Shown: piece by piece, positions 9,747 through 20,071 of the stretch
Layout of the letters: every line of letters begins with the position of its first letter
Position numbering within the stretch: the stretch's first letter is position 1
The notes under the pieces: model-generated
What the model was told of the DNA's origin: nothing
Databases searched by the model: none
The model's input: the letters and a program-made list of their open reading frames with translations, nothing else
Assembly (NCBI GenBank): GCA_045535075.1
Contig: JAZSKX010000014.1
Span: 64,001-128,000, forward strand
DNA: 64,000 nucleotides
Reading direction: 5' to 3'
Source: Candidatus Spyradenecus sp.
GTDB taxonomy: Bacteria > Verrucomicrobiota > Verrucomicrobiia > Opitutales > UBA953
Made by a program: the position numbers and the translations under genes

Positions 9747-10763
9747 TTAACGGGCGCGTTCGGGAAAACCGACTTTGCGGTAAACTTTAGAAAGTGTTTT
9801 CCAAGCCGTTTTTTGTGCAGCTTCCGCGCCGGCTTTGAGCACTTCGTCGAGATAAGCCTGATTCTTAATTAACACATCGTAGCGTTGGCGAACGGGATCG
9901 AGCACTGCGATAACGGCATCGGCAACGGTTTTTTTGAAGTCGCCGTAGCCTTTCCCTGCGAATTCGTCTTCGATTTCGGGAACGGTTTTTTCGGTAATCG
10001 CCGAATAAATTGAAATCAGATTCGTAACACCGGGTTTGTTTTCCGCATCAGCGCGAATCGAACCTTCCGAGTCCGTAACCGCCGACATGATTTTTTTGCG
10101 AATGACGTCCGCCGTATCAATCAAATCCACGGTTCCGAGCTGGTTCGGATCGGATTTCGACATCTTCGAAGTCGGATTTTGCAATGACATGACGCGCGCG
10201 CCCGCTTTGCCGATATAAGGCTCGGGAACGTTGAACGTAGGCGAGTAAGTGGCGTTGAATTTTTCCGCAAGGTCGCGCGTGAGCTCAAGATGTTGCTTCT
10301 GGTCTTCGCCGACGGGAACGACGTGCGCGTTGTAGAGTAGGATGTCCGCCGCCATGAGCACCGGATAAAAGAGCAGGCCGGAGTTGACGGAAATTTGCTT
10401 TTTCGCTTTGTCCTTAAACTGCGTCATGCGCTCAAGCTGGCCGAGCGGGCAGATGCAGGAAAGGACCCACGCGAGCTCGTTGTGCCCGTAGACATGGCTT
10501 TGGACGAAGAGGTGGCTCTTGGCGGGATCGAGTCCGCATGCCATGTACTGCGCGAGGCAGGAGTAGGTATTTTTGCGAAGTTCGGCGGGAACTTTCGGAA
10601 GCGTGATTGCGTGCTGATTCGTTACGAAAAAATAACATTCGTAGTCATTTTGCATCGCGCTCCAATTGCGCACGGCGCCGAGGTAGTTCCCGAGATGGAG
10701 CCTTCCCGTGGGTTGCGCTCCCGTTAAAATGACCGGTTTGGAAATAGGTGCAGAATCTGCCAT
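9747..10763 (-). CDS. trpS: Tryptophan--tRNA ligase
   Basis: TGAQPTGRLHLGNYLG (HIGH-like), YPVLMAADIL, VPVGEDQKQH, KMSKS. Confidence 0.97.
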   Translation of the reverse strand: MADSAPISKPVILTGAQPTGRLHLGNYLGAVRNWSAMQNDYECYFFVTNQHAITLPKVPAELRKNTYSCLAQYMACGLDPAKSHLFVQSHVYGHNELAWVLSCICPLGQLERMTQFKDKAKKQISVNSGLLFYPVLMAADILLYNAHVVPVGEDQKQHLELTRDLAEKFNATYSPTFNVPEPYIGKAGARVMSLQNPTSKMSKSDPNQLGTVDLIDTADVIRKKIMSAVTDSEGSIRADAENKPGVTNLISIYSAITEKTVPEIEDEFAGKGYGDFKKTVADAVIAVLDPVRQRYDVLIKNQAYLDEVLKAGAEAAQKTAWKTLSKVYRKVGFPERAR

Positions 10764-10829
10764 AAATTTTGTTGTAAAAAGTTGCCGGGGCATTTCGCCC
10801 CGGAGTGAAAACGCTGCGCCCGGCGTGCC

Positions 10830-13800
10830 TTACGCAAAGTAAGCAACACCGGCGGCGAAAAGCGGTTGGTTTTTGTTGCCGGGAATGTTTTTCCCGACGT
10901 TGTTCCCGCGGCGTTCCGAGTGGCCCATTTTCCCGAGTACGCGTCCGTCCGGCGAGATGATGCCTTCAATCGCCTGATACGAACCGTTCGGATTGCAGGA
11001 AATGTCGTAGCTCGGCGTTCCGTTTGCCGTACAATACTGGAATGCGATTTGTCCGTTCGCGGCGAGTTGCGCGACAACTTCCGGCGATGCCGTGAAATTG
11101 CCTTCGCCGTGAGACGCGGGAACGGTAAACACGTCGCCCACGTTTACGTTTGCAAGCCACGGCGACTTTACCGTCGCGACGCGCGTGTGAACGTAACGCG
11201 AGATGTGGCGTCCGATGCGATTGTGGAAAAGCGTCGGGCAATTGGCGTCCATGTCACGGATTTCGCCGAACGGCACCAATCCGAGTTTGATCAATGCTTG
11301 GAAGCCGTTGCAAATACCGAGAATTAAGCCGTCGCGCTCCTTGATGAGCGCATTCGTGGCATCGCGAACCGCCGGGTTTTTGAAGACGGCGGCAATGAAT
11401 TTTCCGGAGCCGTCCGGTTCGTCGCCGGCGGAGAAGCCGCCCGGAATCATCAGGATTTGCGTGTTCGAGATTTTGTCTGCAAGCGCACGCAGAGATTCGT
11501 CAACGGCGGCGGTTGTCAGATTGCGCACGACGAAAATTTCCGGTTCGGCGCCGGCTTCACAGAACGCGCGCGCCGTATCGTATTCGCAGTTCGAGCCCGG
11601 GAAGACCGGGATAAGAACACGCGGCTTTGCGACGCTGATTTTGGCGTGTTTTTGTGCCGGGCGCTCGTTGCAGGAGAATGTTTGCGGCGCGGGAGCGGTG
11701 TCTGCGGGAACGGCGCGCGTCGGGAAGACGTTTTCGAGAGCAAATTCCCAAGCATCGCGCATTTCGGAAAGGGCGAGCGAATCGCCGTTCCAAGCGGCTT
11801 CCGGTTTTTCCTGTGTTGTCCCGATGACGCAGTGTTCCAAGCCGTCGAGCGTTTCGCCGGCGTTGACCTCGAGAATCCATGCGCCGTGTTCGACTGCAAA
11901 GAACGAAGCATCCGGCGCTTTCTCCAACTTGAAACCGATTTCGTTCCCGAGCGCCATTTCCGCAAGAGCAACTGCTTTCCCGCCTTCGCGAATCGTACGC
12001 GCCGCAAGGATTTTTCCTTCCGTCGCGAGAGTGTAAATTTTTGCGAGTTTCGCGCGCAGATCCGCCCAGTCCGGCATTTGATCCGCCGCGAGCTTTGCGG
12101 GAACGTAAACAATCTTTGAGCCGACTTTCTTAAACTCCGGAGAAATCACCCGGGAAGCCTTCGCGGGAACGATGGCGAAAGAAACTAGAGTCGGCGGAAC
12201 GTCGAGATTTTTAAACGAGCCGGACATCGAGTCCTTCCCGCCGATGGCACCGTTGCCGAGCTCAAGTTGCGCCGTGAACGCGCCGAGCAAGGCGGCAAGC
12301 GGTTTGCCCCAGCGCTTCGGATCGTCGCCGAGCTTTTCAAAGTATTCCTGAAGCGTCAGTCGCGCATTCGCGGGATTGCCGCCGGCGGCAACGAGGCGCG
12401 CCACGGAATCGACGACGGCAAACGCCGCGCCGTGTGCCGGAGACCAGCTCGAGACTTCCGGATCGAAACCGAAGCTCATCAGCGTGCAATCATCGGTTTC
12501 GCCTTCGAGCACCGGAATTTTTGCCGCCATGGCTTCGGTCGGCGTCGTTTGCGTTTTTCCGCCAAACGGATGCAAAACCGTTCCCGCGCCGATGGAGGCG
12601 TCAAAGCGTTCCACCAAGCCGCGTTGTCCGCAGCAGCGCAAATCGCCGAGCGCATTCAGCCAAGTTGCTTTCGCATCGCCGTTTAGAAGCGGTTTCGGCA
12701 AGAACGGATTGGCAATCGGATCCGGCGCGCAAACGTGCGCGTCCGCTTCCTGCGTCGCTCCGTTCGTATCAAGAAATGCGCGCAACAAATCGACGATCGT
12801 GTTGCCTTGCCAGAACATGCGCAGGCGACCGGTGTCGGTAACGTCCGCAACGTGCGTGGATTCCAAATTTTCGCGTTCGGCGGCAGCGCGGAATTTTTCC
12901 AAGTCCGCGGGATCGATGACAACCGCCATGCGTTCCTGCGATTCGGAAATTGCAAGTTCCGTTCCGTTCAGTCCTTCATATTTGCGCGGAACGCGGTCGA
13001 GATGAATATCGAGCGACGGCGCAAGTTCGCCGATGGCAACGGAAACGCCGCCCGCTCCGAAGTCGTTGCAACGCTTGATGAGGCGGGAAACTTCCGCGTC
13101 GCGGAAAAGGCGCTGCAATTTGCGCTCGGTCGGAGCGTCGCCTTTTTGAACTTCCGCGCTGTTTTCGAGCGCTTTTTCCGTGTGTTCTTTGGACGATCCC
13201 GTCGCGCCGCCGATTCCGTCGCGCCCGGTGCGTCCGCCGACGAGCACGATAATGTCTCCGGGAGCGGGCGTGCCGCGAACAACGTTTTTCTTCAATCCTG
13301 CGGCGACAACGGCTCCGATTTCAAGACGCTTGGCAACGTAGCCCGGGTGATAAATTTCGTGAACCATTCCCGTTGCGAGTCCGATTTGGTTTCCGTAGGA
13401 AGAATAACCCTGCGCCGCGCCGCGCACAATTTTGCGCTGCGGGAGCTTGCCCGGAATCGTTTTGGAGAAAGGCACGCGCGGATCCGCCGCGCCGGTAACG
13501 CGCATCGCCTGATAAACGTAGCTGCGCCCGGAAAGCGGGTCGCGAATCGCACCGCCGAGGCAGGTTGCCGCACCGCCGAAGGGCTCGATTTCTGTCGGGT
13601 GATTGTGCGTTTCGTTTTTAAACATCACGAGCCAGTCTTCCGTTACGCCGTCAATGGTGACGGGAACGACGATGGAGGCGGCGTTGATTTCTTCGGAAAC
13701 TTCGAGATCGTCGAGCTTGCCCTGCTTTTTGAGTTCGCGCATCGCGAGCAAAGCGACGTCCATGAGACAAACGGTTTTTTCTTCGCGACCGAGTGCTTTG

Positions 13801-14570
13801 CGGAGTTCGAGATAATTTTTCCACGCTTTTTCGACGGGCGCGACAAGCGGCGAGTTGTCGAAAGAAACTTTGTTGAGGCGCGTGAGAAACGTGGTGTGGC
13901 GGCAGTGGTCGGACCAATATGTGTCGAGCACTCGGATTTCGGTGAGCGTCGGGTTGCGCTTTTCTTCGTCGCGATAATATTTTTGAACAAAAGCAATGTC
14001 CGCATCGCTCATCGCTAAGCCGAGCTCTTTGCGCAGAGCAGAAAGTTCTTCGGCGGATTTTTCGCAGAAGTTTTCAATGCTCGGAATTGCGGCGGGAGCG
14101 GGAATTTCCTGCTTAAGCGTCGCGGGAACGTCCAGAGAGGCTTCGCGGGAATCGACGGGGTTGATGAGGTAAGCCTTGATGCGTTCCAAGTCCTCCGCAC
14201 TTGCTCCGCAAACAGCGTAGACACGAGCCGACGCAATGAGCGGACGTTCCTTGAGCGTGAGCATTTGCACGCACTGCGCGGCGGAATCGGCGCGTTGGTC
14301 GAATTGTCCGGGTAAGTATTCTACCGCGAAAACAGCCGCGTCTTTGTCGCACGGGAACACGTCTTCGTAAACATCGTCCACTTGCGGTTCTGCAAAGACG
14401 GTCGGGAGTGTTTTGCGAAAATCCTCTTCGGAAAGCCCGTCGATATCGTAGCGCTGGGCGATGCGCAAATCGGAAAGCCCGGAGAGTCCGAGCGATTCGC
14501 GAAGGTCCTGAAGGACACTGTGCGTTTGTTCACGGAAAGCGTTTTTTTTCTCAACAAAGATGCGTTTCAT
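10830..14570 (-). CDS. purL: Phosphoribosylformylglycinamidine synthase (large fused PurL/PurQ form)
   Basis: DTYWSDHCRH, KNETHNHPTEIEPFGGAATC, GGKDSMSG, PGGFSAGD, LGICNGFQ, GKMGHSER. Confidence 0.97.
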   Translation of the reverse strand: MKRIFVEKKNAFREQTHSVLQDLRESLGLSGLSDLRIAQRYDIDGLSEEDFRKTLPTVFAEPQVDDVYEDVFPCDKDAAVFAVEYLPGQFDQRADSAAQCVQMLTLKERPLIASARVYAVCGASAEDLERIKAYLINPVDSREASLDVPATLKQEIPAPAAIPSIENFCEKSAEELSALRKELGLAMSDADIAFVQKYYRDEEKRNPTLTEIRVLDTYWSDHCRHTTFLTRLNKVSFDNSPLVAPVEKAWKNYLELRKALGREEKTVCLMDVALLAMRELKKQGKLDDLEVSEEINAASIVVPVTIDGVTEDWLVMFKNETHNHPTEIEPFGGAATCLGGAIRDPLSGRSYVYQAMRVTGAADPRVPFSKTIPGKLPQRKIVRGAAQGYSSYGNQIGLATGMVHEIYHPGYVAKRLEIGAVVAAGLKKNVVRGTPAPGDIIVLVGGRTGRDGIGGATGSSKEHTEKALENSAEVQKGDAPTERKLQRLFRDAEVSRLIKRCNDFGAGGVSVAIGELAPSLDIHLDRVPRKYEGLNGTELAISESQERMAVVIDPADLEKFRAAAERENLESTHVADVTDTGRLRMFWQGNTIVDLLRAFLDTNGATQEADAHVCAPDPIANPFLPKPLLNGDAKATWLNALGDLRCCGQRGLVERFDASIGAGTVLHPFGGKTQTTPTEAMAAKIPVLEGETDDCTLMSFGFDPEVSSWSPAHGAAFAVVDSVARLVAAGGNPANARLTLQEYFEKLGDDPKRWGKPLAALLGAFTAQLELGNGAIGGKDSMSGSFKNLDVPPTLVSFAIVPAKASRVISPEFKKVGSKIVYVPAKLAADQMPDWADLRAKLAKIYTLATEGKILAARTIREGGKAVALAEMALGNEIGFKLEKAPDASFFAVEHGAWILEVNAGETLDGLEHCVIGTTQEKPEAAWNGDSLALSEMRDAWEFALENVFPTRAVPADTAPAPQTFSCNERPAQKHAKISVAKPRVLIPVFPGSNCEYDTARAFCEAGAEPEIFVVRNLTTAAVDESLRALADKISNTQILMIPGGFSAGDEPDGSGKFIAAVFKNPAVRDATNALIKERDGLILGICNGFQALIKLGLVPFGEIRDMDANCPTLFHNRIGRHISRYVHTRVATVKSPWLANVNVGDVFTVPASHGEGNFTASPEVVAQLAANGQIAFQYCTANGTPSYDISCNPNGSYQAIEGIISPDGRVLGKMGHSERRGNNVGKNIPGNKNQPLFAAGVAYFA

Positions 14571-14741
14571 AAAGGAAAGTGTAAGCGCCGATTCTCCCTA
14601 ATCCGTTCCCGCGAGGCAATGAAAAATCCCTTGAAGGAGGTTTAGTTTTAAGAAATCGGAATTAGGTAAAGCGAAACGGAAACTGCGAATGAATGCTGAC
14701 AAACGCAGTTTTTTATTTGACTCTAAGCGCTCGGAGCGGCT

Positions 14742-15461
14742 TTAAAGCATGGCGACTGCGGGAACGTAATCCCGGACGGCAAGCATGCACGCTTGTATCG
14801 CTTCAGGAGACATTTCCTGTATGGCATCAAGGGTGAGTGCTCGATCGAGGTTAAATTTTCCTGATGCGATGCGGCGAAGCGCTGTCAGGTGCGCGCCGGG
14901 GCCGAGTTTGCGCCCGAGATCGTGTGCGATTGTTCGTACGTAGGTTCCTTTTGAACATTCGACGTAGAAATCGACATCCCGATTTTCGCGCATTTCGCGC
15001 AATTCGAATTTGGAAATACGGATAAAGCGCTTTTCGCGTTCGACTTCTTTGCCTTTTCGTGCGGCTTTGTAAAGCGGTTGTCCGTTGATTTTAATCGCGG
15101 AAAACATCGGCGGAATCTGGTATTGGTCGCCTTCCATCTCGCGCATGGCATCGGCAATTTTTTCGCGGCTCAAATCGGCGGGAACGGGATTTGTTTCCAT
15201 GATTTCGCCGTCGGCATCCTGTGAATTGGTAATAACACCGAGGCGTAGCGTTCCCGTGTAGATTTTGTCCTGGCTCATCAGGTATTGGGAGGCTTTACAA
15301 GCGGGCCCGACGAGAATGACGAGCAGTCCCGTCGCGAGCGGATCGAGCGTTCCCGCGTGTCCGATGCGTTTGGTATGCAAAATGCCGCGTAATTTGGCGA
15401 CGACGTCATGCGAAGTCCATTCCTGCGGTTTGTCGATGAGAAGGATGCCGTTAAAATCCAT
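14742..15461 (-). CDS. truB: tRNA pseudouridine(55) synthase
   Basis: [39 protein letters not shown]. Confidence 0.96.
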   Translation of the reverse strand: MDFNGILLIDKPQEWTSHDVVAKLRGILHTKRIGHAGTLDPLATGLLVILVGPACKASQYLMSQDKIYTGTLRLGVITNSQDADGEIMETNPVPADLSREKIADAMREMEGDQYQIPPMFSAIKINGQPLYKAARKGKEVEREKRFIRISKFELREMRENRDVDFYVECSKGTYVRTIAHDLGRKLGPGAHLTALRRIASGKFNLDRALTLDAIQEMSPEAIQACMLAVRDYVPAVAML

Positions 15462-15581
15462 GCGAACATCTTTCCCGAAAATGAGCGGGAAATCAATGCT
15501 TGAGAAAATCCGTATGTTTTATTTCTTGCCGATTCTTTAAAAATCGGACATCCTCTGCAGCTTAATCATTTTTTTACCAAC

Positions 15582-15794
15582 GTGAGAGAAGAATATCTTA
15601 AACAAGCTAACAAAATCGTTAAAGACCCGAACATTCTTATCAATGTCGTCTCGCGCCGCGTTCATCAGCTTCAGCACGAAGGTATGGAGCCGCTCGTTGA
15701 TACGCTCGAAAAGCTCGCTCCCGAAGATATCGCATTGCGCGAAATCATCGAAGGAAAGCTTTCTTTCGAACTGCCGGACGATTTGTTGCAATAA
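15582..15794 (+). CDS. rpoZ: RNA polymerase omega subunit
   Basis: 70 aa; LINVVSRRVHQL...DIALREIIEGKL is typical of omega; GTG start. Confidence 0.85.
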   Translation: MREEYLKQANKIVKDPNILINVVSRRVHQLQHEGMEPLVDTLEKLAPEDIALREIIEGKLSFELPDDLLQ

Positions 15795-15814
15795 TTGCGA
15801 TTATGTAAATTTCG

Positions 15815-15855
15815 GGCAGGCTTTCCTTGCGGGAAGGACCTGCCTTATTTTTTTT
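15815..15855 (+). terminator. Hairpin plus T-tract between rpoZ and smpB
   Basis: GGCAGGCTTTCC-TTGC-GGGAAGGACCTGCC followed by TTATTTTTTTT. Confidence 0.5.
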
Positions 15856-15857
15856 AA

Positions 15858-16331
15858 GTGAGCAAAAAAAAGGACAACAACAAGCAAGCCGAAATTCGGA
15901 ATCCGAAAGCATCACGGGATTACGAACTCGGCGAACGTTACGAGGCAGGGCTCGTTCTCACGGGAACGGAAGTCAAGGCGTTGCGTGCCGGGCGTGCGAA
16001 TATTGCGGACGCGTTTATACGCATCGATTCCGACAATATTCCGACTCTTTATCATGCGCATGTCTCCGAGTATGATTTCGGGAACACCAACAATCACAAC
16101 CCGTACCGTCCGCGCCGCCTCTTGCTTCACGCAAAGGAAATCCGGAAAATCCTCACTTCAATCCAATCCGGAGGCATGTCAATCGTCCCTTTAAAAATTT
16201 ACTTCTCTCACGGACTTGCGAAGTTGCAGTTGGCTGTCGGAAAGGGGAAAAAGCTTTTTGACAAGCGAAACGACATTAAAAACCGGGATGATGAGCGCTA
16301 CATTCGCCGCGCGCTCTCTTCAAGACGCTAA
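15858..16331 (+). CDS. smpB: SsrA-binding protein
   Basis: NPKA...YEAGLVLTGTEVKALR, RRLLLHAKEI, GKKLFDKR. Confidence 0.96.
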   Translation: MSKKKDNNKQAEIRNPKASRDYELGERYEAGLVLTGTEVKALRAGRANIADAFIRIDSDNIPTLYHAHVSEYDFGNTNNHNPYRPRRLLLHAKEIRKILTSIQSGGMSIVPLKIYFSHGLAKLQLAVGKGKKLFDKRNDIKNRDDERYIRRALSSRR

Positions 16332-16391
16332 ATACGACTTGACTGACGCTTTGTAAATAGTAAACTTAAAATCTTTAGTGTTAATTTGGAT

Positions 16392-16865
16392 ATGAAAACG
16401 AAAGCAACGAAAAGCAAAACCACGAAAAAAGTTACCGAAAAAGCGGCTCCGAAGGCAAAAGCGGCTCCCGCGAAACCGGTTGCGAAGGTAGCGGAAAAAC
16501 CGGCGGCAAAAACCGCTGCACCTAAAAAAGCTTGCGCTACGAAAAAGGTTTGCGAAAAGAAGACGACAACGGAGAAAAAAACGACGGCAAAGGCTGCTCC
16601 CGCTAAATTGAAGCTGACGCGCATTGTCGCTCACGTCGATGTCGGGTGGGGAAAACAACTCTACATCCGCGGTGAAGGCGCCGGACTGAGCTGGGAACAG
16701 GGAATTCCGATGCTTTGCGAAAACGATACCGAATGGCATTGGGTTGCGGAAACGGACGTTTGCCCGATTTCCTTCAAATTCCTTATCGACGACAAGGTTT
16801 GGGCGCTCGGCGAAAATATTACGATTAACGCCGGCGACGTTCATATCTCCGAACCGAGCTTCTAA
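16392..16865 (+). CDS. Histone-H1-like K/A/T-rich N-terminus fused to a CBM20-like domain
   Basis: KAAPKAKAAPAKP-type low-complexity region, then VDVGWGKQLYIRGEGAGLSWEQGIPM...FKFLIDD. Confidence 0.8.
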   Translation: MKTKATKSKTTKKVTEKAAPKAKAAPAKPVAKVAEKPAAKTAAPKKACATKKVCEKKTTTEKKTTAKAAPAKLKLTRIVAHVDVGWGKQLYIRGEGAGLSWEQGIPMLCENDTEWHWVAETDVCPISFKFLIDDKVWALGENITINAGDVHISEPSF

Positions 16866-16879
16866 ATTTTAGCTTAGAC

Positions 16880-16913
16880 GAAACGCGCAGTTTAAAAATC
16901 TGCGCGTTTTTTT
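16880..16913 (+). terminator. Intrinsic terminator
   Basis: AAACGCGCAG...CTGCGCGTTT stem followed by a T-tract. Confidence 0.75.
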
Positions 16914-16957
16914 ATTTCTTAAAAAATCGAAGCTTCCGTTGAATCCGGTTTCGAAAA

Positions 16958-16994
16958 AAAAGCGCGTTCCCGTGGACTGCGGGAACGCGCTTTT
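16958..16994 (-). terminator. Terminator (rph side) built from an inverted motif pair
   Basis: AAAAGCGCGTTCCCGTG-GAC-TGCGGGAACGCGCTTTT. Confidence 0.85.
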
Positions 16995-17003
16995 CGCTTC
17001 TAT

Positions 17004-17729
17004 TTAGCCCAAAATGCGTTTTTGAATTTCTGAAATCTCGCAGATGCCTTTCTTCGCCAGGTCGATCATCGAGGCGAGTTCCTCAGGCGAGAAAGTGGCT
17101 TCTTCGCCGGTGGATTGAAGCTCGACGAAACGTCCCGTTCCCGTCATGACAACGTTTGCGTCTACTGCGGCATCTTTGTCTTCGATGTAGCATAAATCGA
17201 GAATCGGCGTTTCCTGATACATGCCGACGCTGATGGCGGCGACGGAGTCCGTAAACGGATCTTCTTTAATTTTCCCGGCTTCCATGAATTTACGAATTGC
17301 CATTTTGGCGGCGACGTAAGCCCCGGAAATTGATGCGGTTCGCGTTCCGCCGTCAGCCTGCAAAACATCGCAATCGATCCAAAGCGTCATTCCCTCTAAT
17401 TTTTCTAAGTCGAGCACGGCTCGGAGAGAGCGCCCGATGAGGCGTTGGATTTCAACCGTTCGCCCGTCGAGCTTACCGCGTGAAATATCGCGTGCTTTGC
17501 GGTCGAGTGTCGAGTAGGGCAGCAGGGAATATTCGGCGGTTAACCAACCGCCTTTTACGCCTTGAACACGCATCCATGTCGGAACTTTTTCTTCGAGCGT
17601 TGCGGCGCAGATGACGCGTGTGTTGCCGAAGCAGGCGAGCACGGAGCCGGCGGCGTGCGGCGCAATGCCGGGTTGGAAGGAAATCGGGCGAAGTTCGTTT
17701 GCTTCGCGGTTGTCAGGTCGGATAATCAT
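17004..17729 (-). CDS. rph: Ribonuclease PH
   Basis: Start at ATG 17729 (MIIRPDNR); GWLTAEYSLLP, EIQRLIGRSLR, CDVLQADGGTRTASI. Confidence 0.96.
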   Translation of the reverse strand: MIIRPDNREANELRPISFQPGIAPHAAGSVLACFGNTRVICAATLEEKVPTWMRVQGVKGGWLTAEYSLLPYSTLDRKARDISRGKLDGRTVEIQRLIGRSLRAVLDLEKLEGMTLWIDCDVLQADGGTRTASISGAYVAAKMAIRKFMEAGKIKEDPFTDSVAAISVGMYQETPILDLCYIEDKDAAVDANVVMTGTGRFVELQSTGEEATFSPEELASMIDLAKKGICEISEIQKRILG

Positions 17730-17772
17730 AGTTTGAAAAATCGGAGGATTGCGGAAAGTTTTTTGCTTTGTC

Positions 17773-18606
17773 CTACTTGTGAGTGGAGATTGCGCGCTGG
17801 CGAACGGCTTCGAAGAGACAGATTCCCGCTGCCATGGAAACGTTGAGCGAGTCCGCCAAGCCGCGCTGCGGAATCGCGACGGGAATGACCGATTTAGCTT
17901 CCGGATTCTCAAGCCAAAAAGGAGAAAGTCCGGTCGCCTCCGTCCCGAGGAGAATTGCGCAGGATTGGCGAAAATCGCAGCTCCAATAAAGTTTTTCCGC
18001 GTCGGGAGTGGTTGCGAAAACGGCGACATTGCGTTCCCGCAACCACGTGTAAACCGTTTCTGCGGGAGCGATGGCAAGCGGCATGGAAAAGAGCGTTCCC
18101 TGCGAAGCACGCACGGCGTTCGGATTGTAAACGTCCGTTCCCGCGCCGCAACAAATCAGTGCCGTGCAACCGGCGGAATCCGCGGTTCGAAGGAGGGCGC
18201 CGAGATTTCCGGGCTTTTCGATGGATTCGGCAACAAGGTAGAGCGGAGCTTCTCCGGGATGAGGTTGCGGGAGCGCATCCAGCGTGTGTTTGCGCATTTC
18301 GGCGACTGCAAGAACGCCTTCGGGTTTGTCGCGATAACTGATTTTTTCGAATGCGCTCGCCGAAAGTTCAAAGCAGTTTTCCTCGGGAACGATTTGCCGC
18401 ATTTTTTCGGCGATTAATTGAGCCGGGCGCGAGCGGATTTGCTCCGGGCAAAAATAAAATTCCGTGATGCGAATTCCTCCGGTTACGGCGCGTTCGATTT
18501 CTCGAAGTCCTTCCAAAAGAAAGACGCCTTCGCGTTCCCGCGAGGAGCGTTCCCGTAGGCGGACAAGGCGCAAAATTCTGGGGTTTTGGCGGGATGTGAT
18601 CAGCAT
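17773..18606 (-). CDS. TrmH/SpoU-family RNA methyltransferase
   Basis: EKPGNLGALLRTAD, LGTEATGLS, DSLNVSMA (SPOUT motifs). Confidence 0.92.
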   Translation of the reverse strand: MLITSRQNPRILRLVRLRERSSREREGVFLLEGLREIERAVTGGIRITEFYFCPEQIRSRPAQLIAEKMRQIVPEENCFELSASAFEKISYRDKPEGVLAVAEMRKHTLDALPQPHPGEAPLYLVAESIEKPGNLGALLRTADSAGCTALICCGAGTDVYNPNAVRASQGTLFSMPLAIAPAETVYTWLRERNVAVFATTPDAEKLYWSCDFRQSCAILLGTEATGLSPFWLENPEAKSVIPVAIPQRGLADSLNVSMAAGICLFEAVRQRAISTHK

Positions 18607-18608
18607 AT

Positions 18609-19910
18609 TTATTCTCCCAAAAATTCTGACGGCATATCCGTGTGGTTGAGGCGCACGATGTCGACTCCGAGTTGAGCGAGTTGAACTTCAAATTTTTCGT
18701 AACCGCGGTCGAGGTGATAAATTCGCTGGACCCAGGTTTCTCCCTCAGCGGCAAGCCCGGCAAGGACAAGCGCTGCCGACGCACGTAAATCTGATGCCAT
18801 CACCGGAGCACCTGAAAGCGCGGGAACGCCTTTGATAATTGCACTCGGACCTTCGATTGCGATGTCTGCGCCCATGCGCAGGAGCTCGGGAACATGCATA
18901 AAGCGATTCGGATAAATGCGTTCCGTAATGATGCTGAGGCCGGAAGTCAACGCAAGTACGGCGGAAAATTGTGCCTGCAAATCCGTCGGAAAGCCCGGAT
19001 GCGGAAGTGTAACGATGTCAATCGGCCGCAGTTTTTTTATTAAATCGCCTCGTACTCGAATCGTATCCTGCGAGAGAACATCAAACGGAATTCCCGCTTC
19101 ATCCATTTTGTCCAAAAACGCTCCGAGGTGTGCGGAAACGGCACCATGAACGGTAACATCGCCGCGCGTAATTGCTCCGCAAAGCAGATGAGTTCCCGCT
19201 TCAATGCGGTCCGGAATTACGGAATATTCACAGCCGTGAAGTTTTTTTACGCCCTCAATTTCAAGCATCGGGGACCCGATTCCCGAAATTTTCGCTCCCA
19301 TTTTAACGAGCATGCGGCAGAGATCCTGCACTTCGGGCTCACAGGCGGCACAATCAATCCGAGTAACTCCCGGCGCAAGAACCGCCGCCATCAGGATGTT
19401 TGCCGTTCCCGTGACCGTGCTTCCGTAGCGCCCGCCGAGAAAAACGTAATCGCCGCGCAGTTTTGAAGCGTCGATGCGCATCATTCCCGCATGGTTTTCA
19501 ATTTCACAACCGAGTTTTTTTAGCCCTTTAATATGTAAGTCAATAGGACGTTGCCCGATGACGCAGCCGCCCGGAAGCGGAATTTCCGCATGCCGGAGGC
19601 GTCCGACAAGCGCACCCATTACGCATATGGAAGCGCGCATTTTCCGGACGAGTTCGTAGGGCGTTTTAGCCTGAATCGTTCCCGCGCAAACGCGCCACGC
19701 GTTCCCGCCGAGAGGCTCGACCGTCGCGCCCTGATGGCGCAGAATTTCAATCATGAACCGAGAATCGCTCAGCTCCGGGACATTACGTAAAATACAGGCT
19801 TCGTCCGTTAAAAGCGTTGCAGCGAGTAAAGGCAGGCAGGCGTTTTTTGCGCCGCCGACCGTAACTTCTCCGTGCAAGGCTTTCCCGCCTCTGATTCGTA
19901 AAACATCCAT
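18609..19910 (-). CDS. murA: UDP-N-acetylglucosamine 1-carboxyvinyltransferase
   Basis: GAKNACLP, MRASI, LPGGCVIGQRP (active-site Cys), PGFPTDLQAQ, DLRASAAL. Start at ATG 19910. Confidence 0.97.
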   Translation of the reverse strand: MDVLRIRGGKALHGEVTVGGAKNACLPLLAATLLTDEACILRNVPELSDSRFMIEILRHQGATVEPLGGNAWRVCAGTIQAKTPYELVRKMRASICVMGALVGRLRHAEIPLPGGCVIGQRPIDLHIKGLKKLGCEIENHAGMMRIDASKLRGDYVFLGGRYGSTVTGTANILMAAVLAPGVTRIDCAACEPEVQDLCRMLVKMGAKISGIGSPMLEIEGVKKLHGCEYSVIPDRIEAGTHLLCGAITRGDVTVHGAVSAHLGAFLDKMDEAGIPFDVLSQDTIRVRGDLIKKLRPIDIVTLPHPGFPTDLQAQFSAVLALTSGLSIITERIYPNRFMHVPELLRMGADIAIEGPSAIIKGVPALSGAPVMASDLRASAALVLAGLAAEGETWVQRIYHLDRGYEKFEVQLAQLGVDIVRLNHTDMPSEFLGE

Positions 19911-20071
19911 AAATAGACTAAGTCTGAAGATTGCACCCTTGTTCCGCGATTCAAAAAATGAATAAACACCCGCGTGTGCATAGTTTCCGGTTCCCGCGTT
20001 CAGAAAAATCAATATCTGAAAGAAATCAAAACATTGTGAAGTTTATTTAATTTTGTAATAATTTCAAAAAC

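Noticed and set aside
1402..10000. GCGGGAAC as a Chi or KOPS site
   Set aside because: Both orientations are interleaved (14 vs 10 in 10 kb) and occur as inverted pairs, whereas Chi and KOPS are strongly strand-polarised. Only a genome-wide test can fully exclude this.
17730..18110. N-terminal extensions in the ORF track (rph, gmk, murA, cas9, suhB-like, AKR)
   Set aside because: They overlap neighbouring genes or promoters; family homology starts at downstream ATGs.
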